From positions 355,322 through 419,321 of the forward strand of contig JAWKPJ010000001.1 in the NCBI GenBank assembly GCA_041390745.1: a stretch of 64,000 nt of DNA, read 5' to 3'. This stretch comes from Thermomicrobiales bacterium (GTDB lineage Bacteria > Chloroflexota > Chloroflexia > Thermomicrobiales > UBA6265). The position numbers were made by a program, and so were the translations under genes. Each line of letters opens with the position of its first letter. The stretch's first letter is position 1. This document shows, in pieces, positions 9,679-19,855 of the stretch. Under the pieces are notes generated by a model. The model had not been told where the DNA came from. It did not search any database and saw only the letters and a list, made by a program, of their open reading frames with translations.

Positions 9679-11985
9679 CTACTCCGGCGTGACCGCGATT
9701 CGGTCCACCAGGACCGTCGCGTCGCCCGTGTGGCGTGGCGTAGCCCATGGTGGCCGGGCAGCAATCAGGTCGCTATCCGCGGCAGGCAAACCCAACCACG
9801 TCTGGGAAATGAAGGCGGTGAATGGCGCCTCGCCCTTCAGGTCCACCGCGAGGGTTGCGCCATCGCACGCCGGGGCAAGGCACAGGAAGCGGGAGTACCC
9901 GTCATGCACTGGCGGCGCCGGGAGCACCTGCTCCTCACCGCCCCTGGTCAGGCGAAAGGCCTGCACTTCGACCTCCTCCGGGATGTACACCGCAACGTGG
10001 CTGCCGGGCGGCGCGGTGGGCAGCGGAAGCCGCAGCGGCGCACCGCTCTCCCGCCGAATCTCGTGTGCGGGGCCGTCTACCGTTATTCCCCCGCCAGCGG
10101 GCGCAACATGGACCGCGCGCGCCAGCCAGGGCACTGCCTGGGCCGGCTCCACGCCAAACGCGCGAACGGCGACCATCGATTCCGGCGGGCGACCTTCGGC
10201 CTCCAGGGCCCAGACGACCTGCGCTGCCTCCCGGTCCTCGATACGCAGCACGTTGAGCGGTTGCGGGGAACCCGGAGCATAGGTGGGAACCACCGCGCCC
10301 AGCAGGAACGCGGCGCCGGCCAGCAGCGCGAGCCCGCCTCCCAGCACGGCAGCTGCCTGACGTCCGGTACCAGGCGCCGCCAGCAGGCTCGCGCCGCCTG
10401 TTGCCGACAGCGCCAGCGCAAACGCAGCGGTGGCCGGAAACTCAGGTGAGAGCGCGAGGAAGTCTGACCCCCGGGCGAACCAGAGCCACATCCAGCAGGC
10501 CCCAACCAGCCCAAGCCCACTCGCCGCGGCTGGCGCCCACGGGCGCCGCCGGATAACCGGCCCTTGCAGCCCGGCCGCCAGCCCGAGCGCCAGCGCCACC
10601 GGCGCAAACACGGTGAAGCTGGCCGCCGGCCACGTTGCCGCAATGCCAACCCCCAGCAGCGTCCACGCCAGCCACGCGCCGTAGAACAGCCCGGCGAGCC
10701 CGGCTCGACGCCTGATGAGACTGGCCAGACTCCCGGTTATCAGCAAGGCAGCGATCCAGAGCACAACCTGCAAAGGCAAGGGGTGTGCGTACCACGGCGC
10801 TGGCGCGCCGCTGCTCGCCTGGACCAACATGCCCAGAGCCAACCCGGCCAGGGTTGCCAGCGGGACCACTGCGGGGAGCAGCCCCATCCCCCACAGCACC
10901 TCGCGCCCCAGCACATCGCCCCGCCGTATCGCAAGCGTGGTCACGGCCAGCCACCCCGCCGCGAGCGCCAGCGCGATCCCGAGGGTCCACCCCCACGGCC
11001 AGGTTACAAACACGCCCGGCGCGAGGTCCGCGTAAACCCGCTCCCCCGTTGGCGGGTTGCGCAGGTCCTCGTTGGCAAAGGCGCGCGCCGCAGCAAGCGC
11101 GTTCTCGCCGTGGTGTTGCAGGCTGCCGGGGTCGATATTGACCGGTGCGTCGAGCGGCGTGTGGTACAGGGCGTGGCGCTCGACAAACGCGAAGTTCACT
11201 CCGGGGATCCCCGCTGCTTCGTAGACGGTGAGATCCGAGTTAAACGGGAACAGCGTGTACAGTGAATCGGCGAACGCGTTGCCGGTCAGGCGCGGCGCGG
11301 CGCCGCTGAGCGTCTCTGTCAGCCACCCACTCCGGCGGGTGGTCTCGAAAAGAATGCTTTGCCCGCCCGTGCCATTTGCCTCCAGATTGACGACGACGCC
11401 CACATCTGCCGCCCAGGGGTGTTCATCCATGAACACCTGCGCGCCGAGCAGAGCTATCTCCTCTCCATCCGTAAACAGGAGCATGATCGGGGCAGGCAGC
11501 GGCGGTTCCTGGCTCAGGATGCGCGCGACTTCGAGCAACACGGCCACGCCGGACAGGTCGTCTCCGGCGCCAGGCCCGGCCGCCACGGAGTCGTAGTGGG
11601 CCGTTAGCAGCACCGCCGGGCCGTCACTCGTTCCCGGCCATCGCGTCATGACGTTCGTCACCTCAGCGCAAACGGCCCAGCGCGGCTGACAGGCAAACGC
11701 GGCCTGCATCTCCACCGGCAATCCCAGCGCCGCCAGTTCATCAGCCACGCGCTGCCGGACGCTGGCGTTCCGGGCAGTTCCCGTGGGGTGCCCGGAGCTG
11801 TCGCCCACCAGCCGCGCCAGGATGTCCTGCGCCCTCCCGGCCGCGAACCAGCTCTCTGCCGCCGTGGCCGGCAAAGGCGCAGGAGGCCGGGCCGACAGCT
11901 CCAGCAGACCGAGCGTCACCAACATCAGGGCGAGAGCTACGAGCGGGCGTCGCCAATCCCGGCTCCACTCGTTGAGGCGGGTCAT
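9679..11985 (-). CDS. Membrane-bound M28 family metallopeptidase
   Basis: M28 signature LTAHYDSVAAGPGAGDDLSGVAVLLEVARIL...LLFTDGEEIALLGAQVF, followed by about 9 TM helices and a C-terminal extracytoplasmic domain. ATG at 11985 was chosen over the upstream Arg-rich extension. Confidence 0.8.
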   Translation of the reverse strand: MTRLNEWSRDWRRPLVALALMLVTLGLLELSARPPAPLPATAAESWFAAGRAQDILARLVGDSSGHPTGTARNASVRQRVADELAALGLPVEMQAAFACQPRWAVCAEVTNVMTRWPGTSDGPAVLLTAHYDSVAAGPGAGDDLSGVAVLLEVARILSQEPPLPAPIMLLFTDGEEIALLGAQVFMDEHPWAADVGVVVNLEANGTGGQSILFETTRRSGWLTETLSGAAPRLTGNAFADSLYTLFPFNSDLTVYEAAGIPGVNFAFVERHALYHTPLDAPVNIDPGSLQHHGENALAAARAFANEDLRNPPTGERVYADLAPGVFVTWPWGWTLGIALALAAGWLAVTTLAIRRGDVLGREVLWGMGLLPAVVPLATLAGLALGMLVQASSGAPAPWYAHPLPLQVVLWIAALLITGSLASLIRRRAGLAGLFYGAWLAWTLLGVGIAATWPAASFTVFAPVALALGLAAGLQGPVIRRRPWAPAAASGLGLVGACWMWLWFARGSDFLALSPEFPATAAFALALSATGGASLLAAPGTGRQAAAVLGGGLALLAGAAFLLGAVVPTYAPGSPQPLNVLRIEDREAAQVVWALEAEGRPPESMVAVRAFGVEPAQAVPWLARAVHVAPAGGGITVDGPAHEIRRESGAPLRLPLPTAPPGSHVAVYIPEEVEVQAFRLTRGGEEQVLPAPPVHDGYSRFLCLAPACDGATLAVDLKGEAPFTAFISQTWLGLPAADSDLIAARPPWATPRHTGDATVLVDRIAVTPE

Positions 11986-12001
11986 GCCTGTGGCCAACGC
12001 A

Positions 12002-12709
12002 TCACGGCTGCTCCCGCACCCAGAGCGGCATGTCGCACACGTGCTGGTAACCGATGCGCGCGTAGATGCGCTGCCCGGCCTCCGACGCAATCACCATGGC
12101 CGGCAGATCAGGCTCGGCTATCGTCGATGTCCACGCCAGGGCCGAGCCAAAACCGCGTCCCCGCGCCTCCGGCAGCGTGGCCAGAAAACTGAGGTGGCTC
12201 AGGCCGTGGGAGACAAAGGTGGCAGCAGCGCTCACCGGGCGTCCGTCCTCCCAACCCAGCCAGAAGCGGAAGCGCCGATCTTCCAGCAATGAAGAACCGA
12301 ACGCCGATTCCGCCGGCAGGCCCTGCAACTCTGGCGCCGGGAACCCCTCAATCATGACCTGTTCAAAGTGATGCAGATCGCCAATGCTTCGCCCCTCCGA
12401 AATGCGCAGGCCCGGCGCCGGCAGGGCGTGCCCGCCAGGACGCCGCAGCATCAGGGGCATTTGCTCCACACAGGCCCAGCCGAATGCCGTCAGGTCTGGC
12501 GGTGGCCAGGCAGCAAACATGAAGACCGTGCCCGGGTACGAGACGCCGCCAAACGCGAAGAATGCCTCCAGGGCGGCCAGCCGTGACGACACTGCGGCCT
12601 CGTCGAGCGGCTCCAGAAGTACGACGCTGTTGAGCAGCCCGGCCGGCCGCCCGGCGTCTGTCGCAACGAAGGCCGGCTTGCGCAGGATGCGGCCGCCGCT
12701 TGATCGCAC
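12002..12709 (-). CDS. GNAT family acetyltransferase
   Basis: C-terminal GNAT core (VSHGLSHLSFLATLPEARGRGFGSALAWTSTIAEPDLPAMVIASEAGQRIYARIGY). Confidence 0.65.
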   Translation of the reverse strand: MRSSGGRILRKPAFVATDAGRPAGLLNSVVLLEPLDEAAVSSRLAALEAFFAFGGVSYPGTVFMFAAWPPPDLTAFGWACVEQMPLMLRRPGGHALPAPGLRISEGRSIGDLHHFEQVMIEGFPAPELQGLPAESAFGSSLLEDRRFRFWLGWEDGRPVSAAATFVSHGLSHLSFLATLPEARGRGFGSALAWTSTIAEPDLPAMVIASEAGQRIYARIGYQHVCDMPLWVREQP

Positions 12710-12757
12710 GACCCCGCGAGCGCATCGGCCCAGTTCAGGCTGAACCGGGTCAGCAGG

Positions 12758-15271
12758 TCAAACTGGTCGCTCACGTGGGGGCTCCAACAGCCCCTGGGCC
12801 AGCGTGAGAACCGGCACGAGGCCCAGGTTTCGACCACGCTCTGCCGCAACCGCGAACTCCGTGCCGGGCATGGCCGCCCGCAGCGACTCGACCAGCGCGG
12901 CGCACTCTGCCGCGCCGAGCACACTGGCTGGGCCAACCACCTGCTCCCGCAAGGCGGCCGCCGCCGCAAGCAGCGTGACTGCCGAATCAGCTGCCCTGGT
13001 TGCCGCCGCGACTGCTGCGGCCACTTCAACACAGGCGGCCAGACCCTTCTGATCGCCACTACGCTGCCAGTGACGCAGACTCTCGCGCAGCCAGGCGCGC
13101 GCGGCGCCGAGGTCGCCCTGCTGCAGCGCCACGCGGGCCAGCACCTGCTGGGCGCCAGCCCGCGCGGACCACGCGACATGCCCCTCGGTCAGCCCCAGCG
13201 CCTGAGCAGCATGGCGCGCGGCCTCGTCCAGCTTGCCCTGCCAGCGTTGCGCCACCGCAATGTTGCAGAGGACAGCCGCCCGGTCGCGGGCAGCGGTATC
13301 CGCCGCTGCCGGTCGCAGCGCCGCTGCAAACCGCGCTTCCGCCAGGACAGCGTCGCCCCGGTCCAGCGCCACCATCCCAAGGACCGCGTGAGAGGCGAAG
13401 GCCGCCCAGGTTTCGTCGAACTCCTCGAAGACCTCCAGGGAGCGCGCTATCTCCGCCTCCGCTTCGGCCGCCCGGCCAAGTCCCTGTGCGATGTTCCCGC
13501 GCACGAACCCCACGAACGCGATCTCGCGCGCATCCCCGCAGGCTGCCGCCAACCGGCCAGCCTCCGCAACGTGGCGCCCGGCGCGCTCGAACTCCCCGAG
13601 GTTGGTCGCGATCCAGGCAGCGTGCCGCGCCAGCCGGCCGCGCAAAAGATCCTGCTCGACATGGCGGTCCAGCGCGACCTCGCACTGCGCCAAACCTTCA
13701 GCGCCGTAGCCACAGAGTGCCCAGAAACTCCCGAGCGTATCCAGCAGGCGCACGGCTCCCGGCAGATCATTGGCGTGCAACCAGCGCAACGCGGCTCTCA
13801 GGTTCGGCAGATCGCGCTCGAGGCGGCGCAGTCGCGCATCGAACCCCGCGTCTCGCCGCCAGAGGTGGGCCGTCTCGGCGGCGTGCTGCATTGCCGCCGC
13901 GTGCTCCGCCTCCACTCGCTCGCGCACCGGGCTGGCCTGGAGACGGCTGGCGGCAACCACGCGAATCGTTTCCAGCAGCCGATAGCGAGGCTCGTCCGCG
14001 GCAGCGTCCTCCCGCTGCACCAGGTTTCGCTGAATGAGCGTTCCCAGCAGCGCCAGCGCGTCTGCCGCTGCGCCACCCCGGCCACTGGCGCTTTCCGCTG
14101 CCGCCCAGATCTGCTGCGCGGCCTCCAGCGAAAAGCTGCCTTCAAACACGCCCACAGCGTGGAACATGCGCCGCTCTGCGGCAGACAGCAGGCCCTCGCT
14201 CCAGGCAACGACGTTATCGAGCGTCCGCTGGCGCTCCGGAAGATCGCGCAGCATGCCTGGCAATGGCGAGCGTGCCTCCAGCCGTCGCACGAGCATGGCT
14301 GGCGAGTGCGCCGCCGTGAGGGAGGCCGCCAACTCGAGAGCGAGCGGGAGCCCATCCAACTGCTGGCAAAGCCATGCCACGTCCTGTGCGTTGTGCTCCG
14401 TTACCTCGAAGCCAGGATCGACGGCCCGGGCGCGATCGGCAAACAGGCGCACCGCCGGGAAGATCAAGGCTTCCCCGGCGGATACAGCGGCAGGTTCCGG
14501 CGCCGGCAACGGCGCAACCGGCAGGCAGCGTTCGGCCCGCAACAGCAGAGGTTCGCGGCTGGTGACGAGCCAGGCGACAGCAGGCAGCAGCGCCGCGAGC
14601 TGCGCAATTACCGGAGCCGCATCAATCACTTGCTCGAAGTTGTCCAGCAGGAGACACAGCCGCTGCTCCAGCAAGCTCCGGGCAATCGTCTCCGGCGTCT
14701 GATGCCCGGGCGATGCTGCCCGGCCCAGCGCAGCCGCCACCGCCGGCAACACCTGTTGCGCGTCCTGCTCCGGCGCGAGATCGACAAACACCACCCCGTC
14801 CGGGAAGCGCTGCGTCACCGCGTCATCGTGCGCCAGGGCGAGCGCAAGCCGCGTCTTGCCGGACCCGCCCGGACCGGTCAGCGTGATGACGCCCGGTGTG
14901 GGCTCCAGGAGCCAGCCGCGCAGGCGCTCTGTCTCGTCAGCGCGGCCAAGGAGCGGCCCCGCAGGCAACGGCGCGCGGCTCACTGCGGGCATGACGGATG
15001 TCGCCCGTGAGGAACTGGCGGACGGCGACAAGGCACGCGCCGCCAACAGCAGCGCGGCGCGCTCCTCGGGAGTCACCGCCAGAGCCGCAAGCAGCCGCTG
15101 CACGGTCTCTCGCTGCGGCCGGCCCCGCGCCCCGCGCTCCAGGTCACTCAGCCCACGCACGCTCAGCCCGGCCCGCTCCGCCAGCTCGGCCTGCGTCAGG
15201 CCGCCGGCAAGGCGCCGGGCGCGGAGCAGGTCGCCGAAACTGCTGTCGAGGGGGAAGAGATCTGGCGGCAT
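12758..15271 (-). CDS. XRE-family HTH STAND regulator (N-terminal HTH_XRE + NB-ARC-like ATPase + TPR)
   Basis: N-terminal LRARRLAGGLTQAELAERAGLSVRGLSDLERG (XRE HTH). P-loop LTGPGGSGKTRLALALA, LLLDNFEQVIDAAP, long TPR/helical C-terminus. Paralogous core to the 2375-4993 gene. Confidence 0.85.
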   Translation of the reverse strand: MPPDLFPLDSSFGDLLRARRLAGGLTQAELAERAGLSVRGLSDLERGARGRPQRETVQRLLAALAVTPEERAALLLAARALSPSASSSRATSVMPAVSRAPLPAGPLLGRADETERLRGWLLEPTPGVITLTGPGGSGKTRLALALAHDDAVTQRFPDGVVFVDLAPEQDAQQVLPAVAAALGRAASPGHQTPETIARSLLEQRLCLLLDNFEQVIDAAPVIAQLAALLPAVAWLVTSREPLLLRAERCLPVAPLPAPEPAAVSAGEALIFPAVRLFADRARAVDPGFEVTEHNAQDVAWLCQQLDGLPLALELAASLTAAHSPAMLVRRLEARSPLPGMLRDLPERQRTLDNVVAWSEGLLSAAERRMFHAVGVFEGSFSLEAAQQIWAAAESASGRGGAAADALALLGTLIQRNLVQREDAAADEPRYRLLETIRVVAASRLQASPVRERVEAEHAAAMQHAAETAHLWRRDAGFDARLRRLERDLPNLRAALRWLHANDLPGAVRLLDTLGSFWALCGYGAEGLAQCEVALDRHVEQDLLRGRLARHAAWIATNLGEFERAGRHVAEAGRLAAACGDAREIAFVGFVRGNIAQGLGRAAEAEAEIARSLEVFEEFDETWAAFASHAVLGMVALDRGDAVLAEARFAAALRPAAADTAARDRAAVLCNIAVAQRWQGKLDEAARHAAQALGLTEGHVAWSARAGAQQVLARVALQQGDLGAARAWLRESLRHWQRSGDQKGLAACVEVAAAVAAATRAADSAVTLLAAAAALREQVVGPASVLGAAECAALVESLRAAMPGTEFAVAAERGRNLGLVPVLTLAQGLLEPPRERPV

Positions 15272-15637
15272 GCACGCTCCGGGGAGACTGATCGACCGCC
15301 CAGTGTAGACCAGCCGCGCACCGGCAAAGCGTCAACTTGCGTGGTCGAAACTGCCGGTTGCGCCTGTGCCCCGCAGGCGCCCGCCCTTAGGCTGGCAGGG
15401 AGCAAGGAGGCGCAGGTGCTACCCACACCCCATACATCGTACCGGCTCGTTCAGTTGCACCATCATCACCTGCGCGCAGAGTTCCAGCGCCTGCGGCAGA
15501 CCGAAAAATCACCCAGGTGGAGGACCCGCCCGACCCTCGAGTCGTGGGATCATCTCCAGCGCAGGGTCGCCCACTGGCGGCCAACCGTACGATGGCCATC
15601 GTCCTGGAGATGGTCATCTTCATGATGGACGAGGTGC

Positions 15638-16126
15638 ATGAGCGAACGAGCGAACGCGCTGGCCGATGCCTTGCAACTGGCAACGGATGACGTTGACCGC
15701 TTTATCGGCGAAGTATCCGATGAGGGTTGGCAGGCGACCTGCCCTGGCGAGCAGTGCACTGTTGCCGCCCTGATCTGCCATATCGGCAACGCCTACACGG
15801 GCATGCTGGACAGTATCATCAAGCCGGTGGCGGAAGGCGCCCCGCGCCCGGAGTTTTCACCAGAGGATCTGCACCGCTGGAACGCCCAGGCTGCGCAAAT
15901 GTACGCGGGCGCCAGCCGAGAGCAGGCCCGGGAAATCCTGCGCACGGCCTCCGCGCCCACCATCTCCTACGTCCGCGGCCTCTCTGACGAGCAACTGGCG
16001 ACGTCGTTTGATCTCCCCCAGCGGCCGGAGCCTGTCACCGTGGAAGCCATGGTCATCCACGGCCTGACCGGTCACCCGCGCGAACACCTGGCCAGTGCCC
16101 GCGCTGCAGCCGGCAGCGTGGGCTAG
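15638..16126 (+). CDS. DinB-family / MDMPI_N-like protein
   Basis: 162 aa. Conserved His-containing helices (ALICHIGNAY...MVIHGLTGHPREHL) typical of the DinB_2 superfamily. Confidence 0.6.
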   Translation: MSERANALADALQLATDDVDRFIGEVSDEGWQATCPGEQCTVAALICHIGNAYTGMLDSIIKPVAEGAPRPEFSPEDLHRWNAQAAQMYAGASREQAREILRTASAPTISYVRGLSDEQLATSFDLPQRPEPVTVEAMVIHGLTGHPREHLASARAAAGSVG

Positions 16127-16168
16127 CGCCCGGGCGAAGGCGGGACACGCCGGCCCTATACTCCCGGC

Positions 16169-18865
16169 ATGTCCCGCCACGCTGCCCCTCCGAGCGACCT
16201 CCAGGACATCGCCGAGCCGAATGGCGCGGAGCCACATCAGGACCGGTCCTCGCTGGTCCCCTCTCGCCGGCAGTACCTCGACCTGAAGGCGCAACACCCC
16301 GAAGCCATCCTGCTCTACCGCCTCGGGGACTTCTACGAGACGTTCGATGAGGACGCCCGCACCCTCGCTCGCGACGCGCGAGTGGCCCTCACCACCCGCT
16401 CCTTTGGCCGCTCTGGCCGCTCCCCGATGGCGGGCATTCCCCACCACGCGCTGAACCACTACCTCGCCCGGTTGCTGGCTGCCGGACACACGGTCGCCAT
16501 CGCCGAGCAGATGACCCCGCCTGGCAAGGGCCTCGTCGAACGCGCCGTCACCCGCGTTCTCTCTCCCGGCACCGTGTCGGACCCTGCGCTGCTCCCAGCC
16601 GGGGAGAGCCGCTACCTGGCGGCGCTGCATCACCACGGCGAAGCCTGGGGCCTGGCCTGGGTCGATGTCAGCACGGGCGAGTTTGCGGTCGCGGAGTTCA
16701 GCGGCGAGGGCGCCCCCGCGCGCCTGGCCGAAGAGGTGGCGCGCATTAACCCTGCGGAAACCCTGATCCCGGACGACGCGCCCGAGCCGCAAGGGAACAT
16801 CCCGCCCGGCCACCTGACGCGGCTGGAGACCTGGCGCTGGGAGCCGGGCCGTGGTGGCGACCTGCTGTGCACGCAGTTTCGAATCCACTCGCTGGCCGGG
16901 TTCGGCTGCGCTGCCATGCCCGCCGCCATCGGCGCGGCGGGCGCAATTCTTGGCTACCTGGAGCGAACCAACCCCGCCCTGCTCGTGCTGCTGACCGGCC
17001 TCCGCGTCGAGCAGCCGGGCCGCTGGGTCGGGCTGGACGCCGCCACCCGGCGCAACCTGGAACTCACGCGCTCCCTCGGCACCGGCGGCTCACGCGGCAG
17101 CCTGCTCGGTGTGCTCGACCTGACCCGGACGGCCATGGGAGCACGCGCCCTGCGGCGGCTCGTGACCCAGCCACTGCAGGACCTGGCAGAGATCGAGCGC
17201 CGGCAGCAAATCGTTACCACGCTTGTGCATGCGCCAACCGCCCGTGCCTCAGTGCGGGACGCGCTGGCCGCCGTCGGCGACCTGGAGCGGCTGGTTGGCC
17301 GCATTGCCGACCGCACTGCCACCGCCCGCGAGTTCGTCACACTCGCCTCTGCCCTGCACCGCCTCCCCGTGATCGCGGAGCTGCTGGCGCCCTCAGGTTT
17401 ACGCCATGCGTGCGGCGCAGATTGCGCGGATATCGCGGCCCTGCTCGACGACGCGGTGGCCGAAGACCACACCGGCGCGGCTGCCATCCGCCCTGGCTTC
17501 GCCCCGGACCTCGACGCGGCCCACGCCGCCGTGCGCGAAACGCGGGAGTGGCTCGCCTCGCTGGAAGCGCGCGAGCGAGAGCGCACGGGCATTCGCTCCC
17601 TCAAGGTCGGCTTCAACAAGGTTTTCGGGTACTACATCGAAATCACCCGCGCCAACCTGGCCCTCACCCCCGCCGACTACACGCGCAAGCAAACCATCGC
17701 CAACGGCGAGCGCTTTATCACCGGACCCCTCAAGGACGCCGAAGCGCGAGTGCTGGCTGCAGACGAAGAGATTGCGGCTCGGGAGCGCGCCGCCCTCCAC
17801 AGACTGAGCGCCCTGGTCACGGAGGAAGCGGGCCGCCTTTCCGCCACCGCCCGCGCCCTGGCCGAACTGGACGCGCTGCTCTCGCTGGCGGAAGTCGCCG
17901 CCCGCAACGACTGGAGCGCGCCAATTCTGGATGATGGCGACCTCCTGGCGATCAGCGGCGGGCGCCACCCGGTGGTGGAAGCCCACCTCAGCGGAGAGCC
18001 CTTCATCCCGAACGATTGCCGCCTCGGCGGTGACGGCCCGCGTCAGGCTGTCGTCACCGGGCCGAACATGGGCGGCAAATCGACCTATCTCCGGCAGGTG
18101 GCAGTCATCGCACTGCTGGCGCAGATCGGCTCCTGGGTCCCCGCCGCCCACGCTCGGGTCGGCCTCGTGGACCGCATTTTCACCCGCGTTGGCGCCCAGG
18201 ATGATCTGGCGCGCGGCCACTCCACGTTCATGGCCGAGATGGTTGAAACCGCCGCCATCCTGCATCAGGCCACCTCTCGCTCCCTGCTCATCCTCGATGA
18301 GGTTGGCCGGGGCACCAGCACCGATGACGGCCTCGCTATCGCTCGCGCCACCCTGGAGGACATCAGCCAGCGCATCGGCGCGCGCGCCCTCTTCGCCACG
18401 CACTATCTGGAGCTGACCAGCATCAGCGAGAACCTGCCTGCCATCACCAACCTGCATGTTGCCGCCCTGGAGCGCGACGGCCGCGTGGTGTTCCTGTACG
18501 CCGTACAACCCGGCGCCGCCGACCGCGCCTACGGCGTGCAGGTCGCGCGCCTCGCTGGTCTCCCACCCTGGGTCGCCGACCGCGCCGACATCCTGCTGCG
18601 TGCTTCCCAACGAGAAGCACCCGCCATCCTGCCGCCACCCCCGGTCACGCCAACACCACCTCTCGCGCTCTGCGAGGACCGCGCACCCTGGCTGGAGCCC
18701 GCACCTCCGTCCGAGCCGACACCCGCCGACCAGCTGGCCGCCGCCCTCCTGGCCCTCGACCTGGACAGGGTGACCGCGCGAGAGGCGCTGCAGTGGATGT
18801 GGGAGCATCAGGACTTGCTTCGCTCACGAGATACAGCGGCAACTGATGACGCTTTCGGTGACTGA
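16169..18865 (+). CDS. mutS: DNA mismatch repair protein MutS
   Basis: 898 aa. N-terminal mismatch-binding ILLYRLGDFYETFDEDA, Walker A GPNMGGKSTYLRQ, DE motif LLILDEVGRGTSTDDG, HTH ...YGVQVARLAGLP. Confidence 0.95.
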   Translation: MSRHAAPPSDLQDIAEPNGAEPHQDRSSLVPSRRQYLDLKAQHPEAILLYRLGDFYETFDEDARTLARDARVALTTRSFGRSGRSPMAGIPHHALNHYLARLLAAGHTVAIAEQMTPPGKGLVERAVTRVLSPGTVSDPALLPAGESRYLAALHHHGEAWGLAWVDVSTGEFAVAEFSGEGAPARLAEEVARINPAETLIPDDAPEPQGNIPPGHLTRLETWRWEPGRGGDLLCTQFRIHSLAGFGCAAMPAAIGAAGAILGYLERTNPALLVLLTGLRVEQPGRWVGLDAATRRNLELTRSLGTGGSRGSLLGVLDLTRTAMGARALRRLVTQPLQDLAEIERRQQIVTTLVHAPTARASVRDALAAVGDLERLVGRIADRTATAREFVTLASALHRLPVIAELLAPSGLRHACGADCADIAALLDDAVAEDHTGAAAIRPGFAPDLDAAHAAVRETREWLASLEARERERTGIRSLKVGFNKVFGYYIEITRANLALTPADYTRKQTIANGERFITGPLKDAEARVLAADEEIAARERAALHRLSALVTEEAGRLSATARALAELDALLSLAEVAARNDWSAPILDDGDLLAISGGRHPVVEAHLSGEPFIPNDCRLGGDGPRQAVVTGPNMGGKSTYLRQVAVIALLAQIGSWVPAAHARVGLVDRIFTRVGAQDDLARGHSTFMAEMVETAAILHQATSRSLLILDEVGRGTSTDDGLAIARATLEDISQRIGARALFATHYLELTSISENLPAITNLHVAALERDGRVVFLYAVQPGAADRAYGVQVARLAGLPPWVADRADILLRASQREAPAILPPPPVTPTPPLALCEDRAPWLEPAPPSEPTPADQLAAALLALDLDRVTAREALQWMWEHQDLLRSRDTAATDDAFGD

Positions 18866-19760
18866 ACGCCGCATCACCCTCCCCCGCATCGAGACCGCCG
18901 CGGCAGCCATTGACCCCGTGTTCCTCCACACCCCCCAGTGGGTCTGCGAGCCGCTGGCGGATGACCTCGGCGTACGGGTGCTGCTGAAGGTGGAGGTGCT
19001 GAACCCGATTCGCTCCTTTGAGGGACGCGGCGCGGATTGGCTGGTGCAGAACCTGCCGCACGGCGCGGAAATCGTGTGCGCCTCGGCCGGGAACTTCGGC
19101 CGGGCCAGAGCGTTCGCCGCCCGGGCACGCGGGGCGCCGCTCATCATTCACGCGGAGCCAGGACGGCAAACCCGCTCCAAATCGAGCGCATGCGGGCGCC
19201 GGGCGCACCTGTGGTCCTGGCCGGCGCCTGCTTCGACCCGCCAAGGCAATTGGCCAGGCCGAAGCGGCACAGCGCAGCGTGCGCTTCAACGAGGACAACC
19301 GCGACCCGGAGCCGGCTGAATGCGCGGGCACGATGGCGCTGGGGGTTGGCAACCTGCCAGGGCCAGCCCGATAGGCGCTTCATGCCGCCTGGCAACGGCG
19401 CCATGCTGGCCGGGTCGCTACTATCACCTGAGTCCAGCTGACCCCCACGCGAGTGACTGCGGCGGTGGCGGCCATGCCGCCCACAATGGCAGAACCGCGT
19501 CAACGTGAAAAGCCCGTCACGCATTGCCACCATCGCGGGTGGTATTGGCGTGCGCAGTCAGGCGCCGGCGGCCGGCTGCGCACGCCGGCCGGGTCAATGA
19601 CGACCTCCCTGGGCCTGACAGCCGCATCCTTACCGCCATCAAGCTGCTGCACCCGCACACCGGCGTCGTCGCGGAGCCGTCGGAAATGACCGGGCTCGCG
19701 AGGTTCAGGCAGGTGTCATCCTGCCTGCACGGGCATGGCATCGCCACCATCGTCAGGGGG
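18846..19760 (+). pseudogene. Threonine/serine dehydratase-like fold-type II PLP enzyme, multiply frameshifted (pseudogene)
   Basis: Recognisable TD/DsdA-like segments lie in three different frames: TPQWVCEPLADDLGVRVLLKVEVLNPIRSFEGRGA (PLP-Lys region), then ...LQIERMRAPGAPVVLAGACFD, then ...GTMALGV, DCGGGGHAA (Gly-rich loop), ...IKLLHPHTGVVAEPS. At least three frame changes. Confidence 0.6.
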
Positions 19761-19855
19761 AAACCTGACGTTCGCGCAAATGCGAGAATGGCGGCGCGAC
19801 CAGACAGAATGAGCAGGTTGAGGACAACAGAAGGATCGGCAACGTGGCGCAGGCA

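Noticed and set aside
13070-15010. 646-aa + strand ORF, and similar long ORFs 8806-10449 (+), 17399-18808 (-), 19517-20752 (-), 25751-26704 (+), 31016-32917 (-)
   Set aside because: All lie antisense to genes with strong domain signatures (STAND regulator, GNAT/M28, MutS, aminotransferase, MFS, flotillin). Composition is Arg/Pro/Gly-rich. Expected artefacts of about 70% GC.
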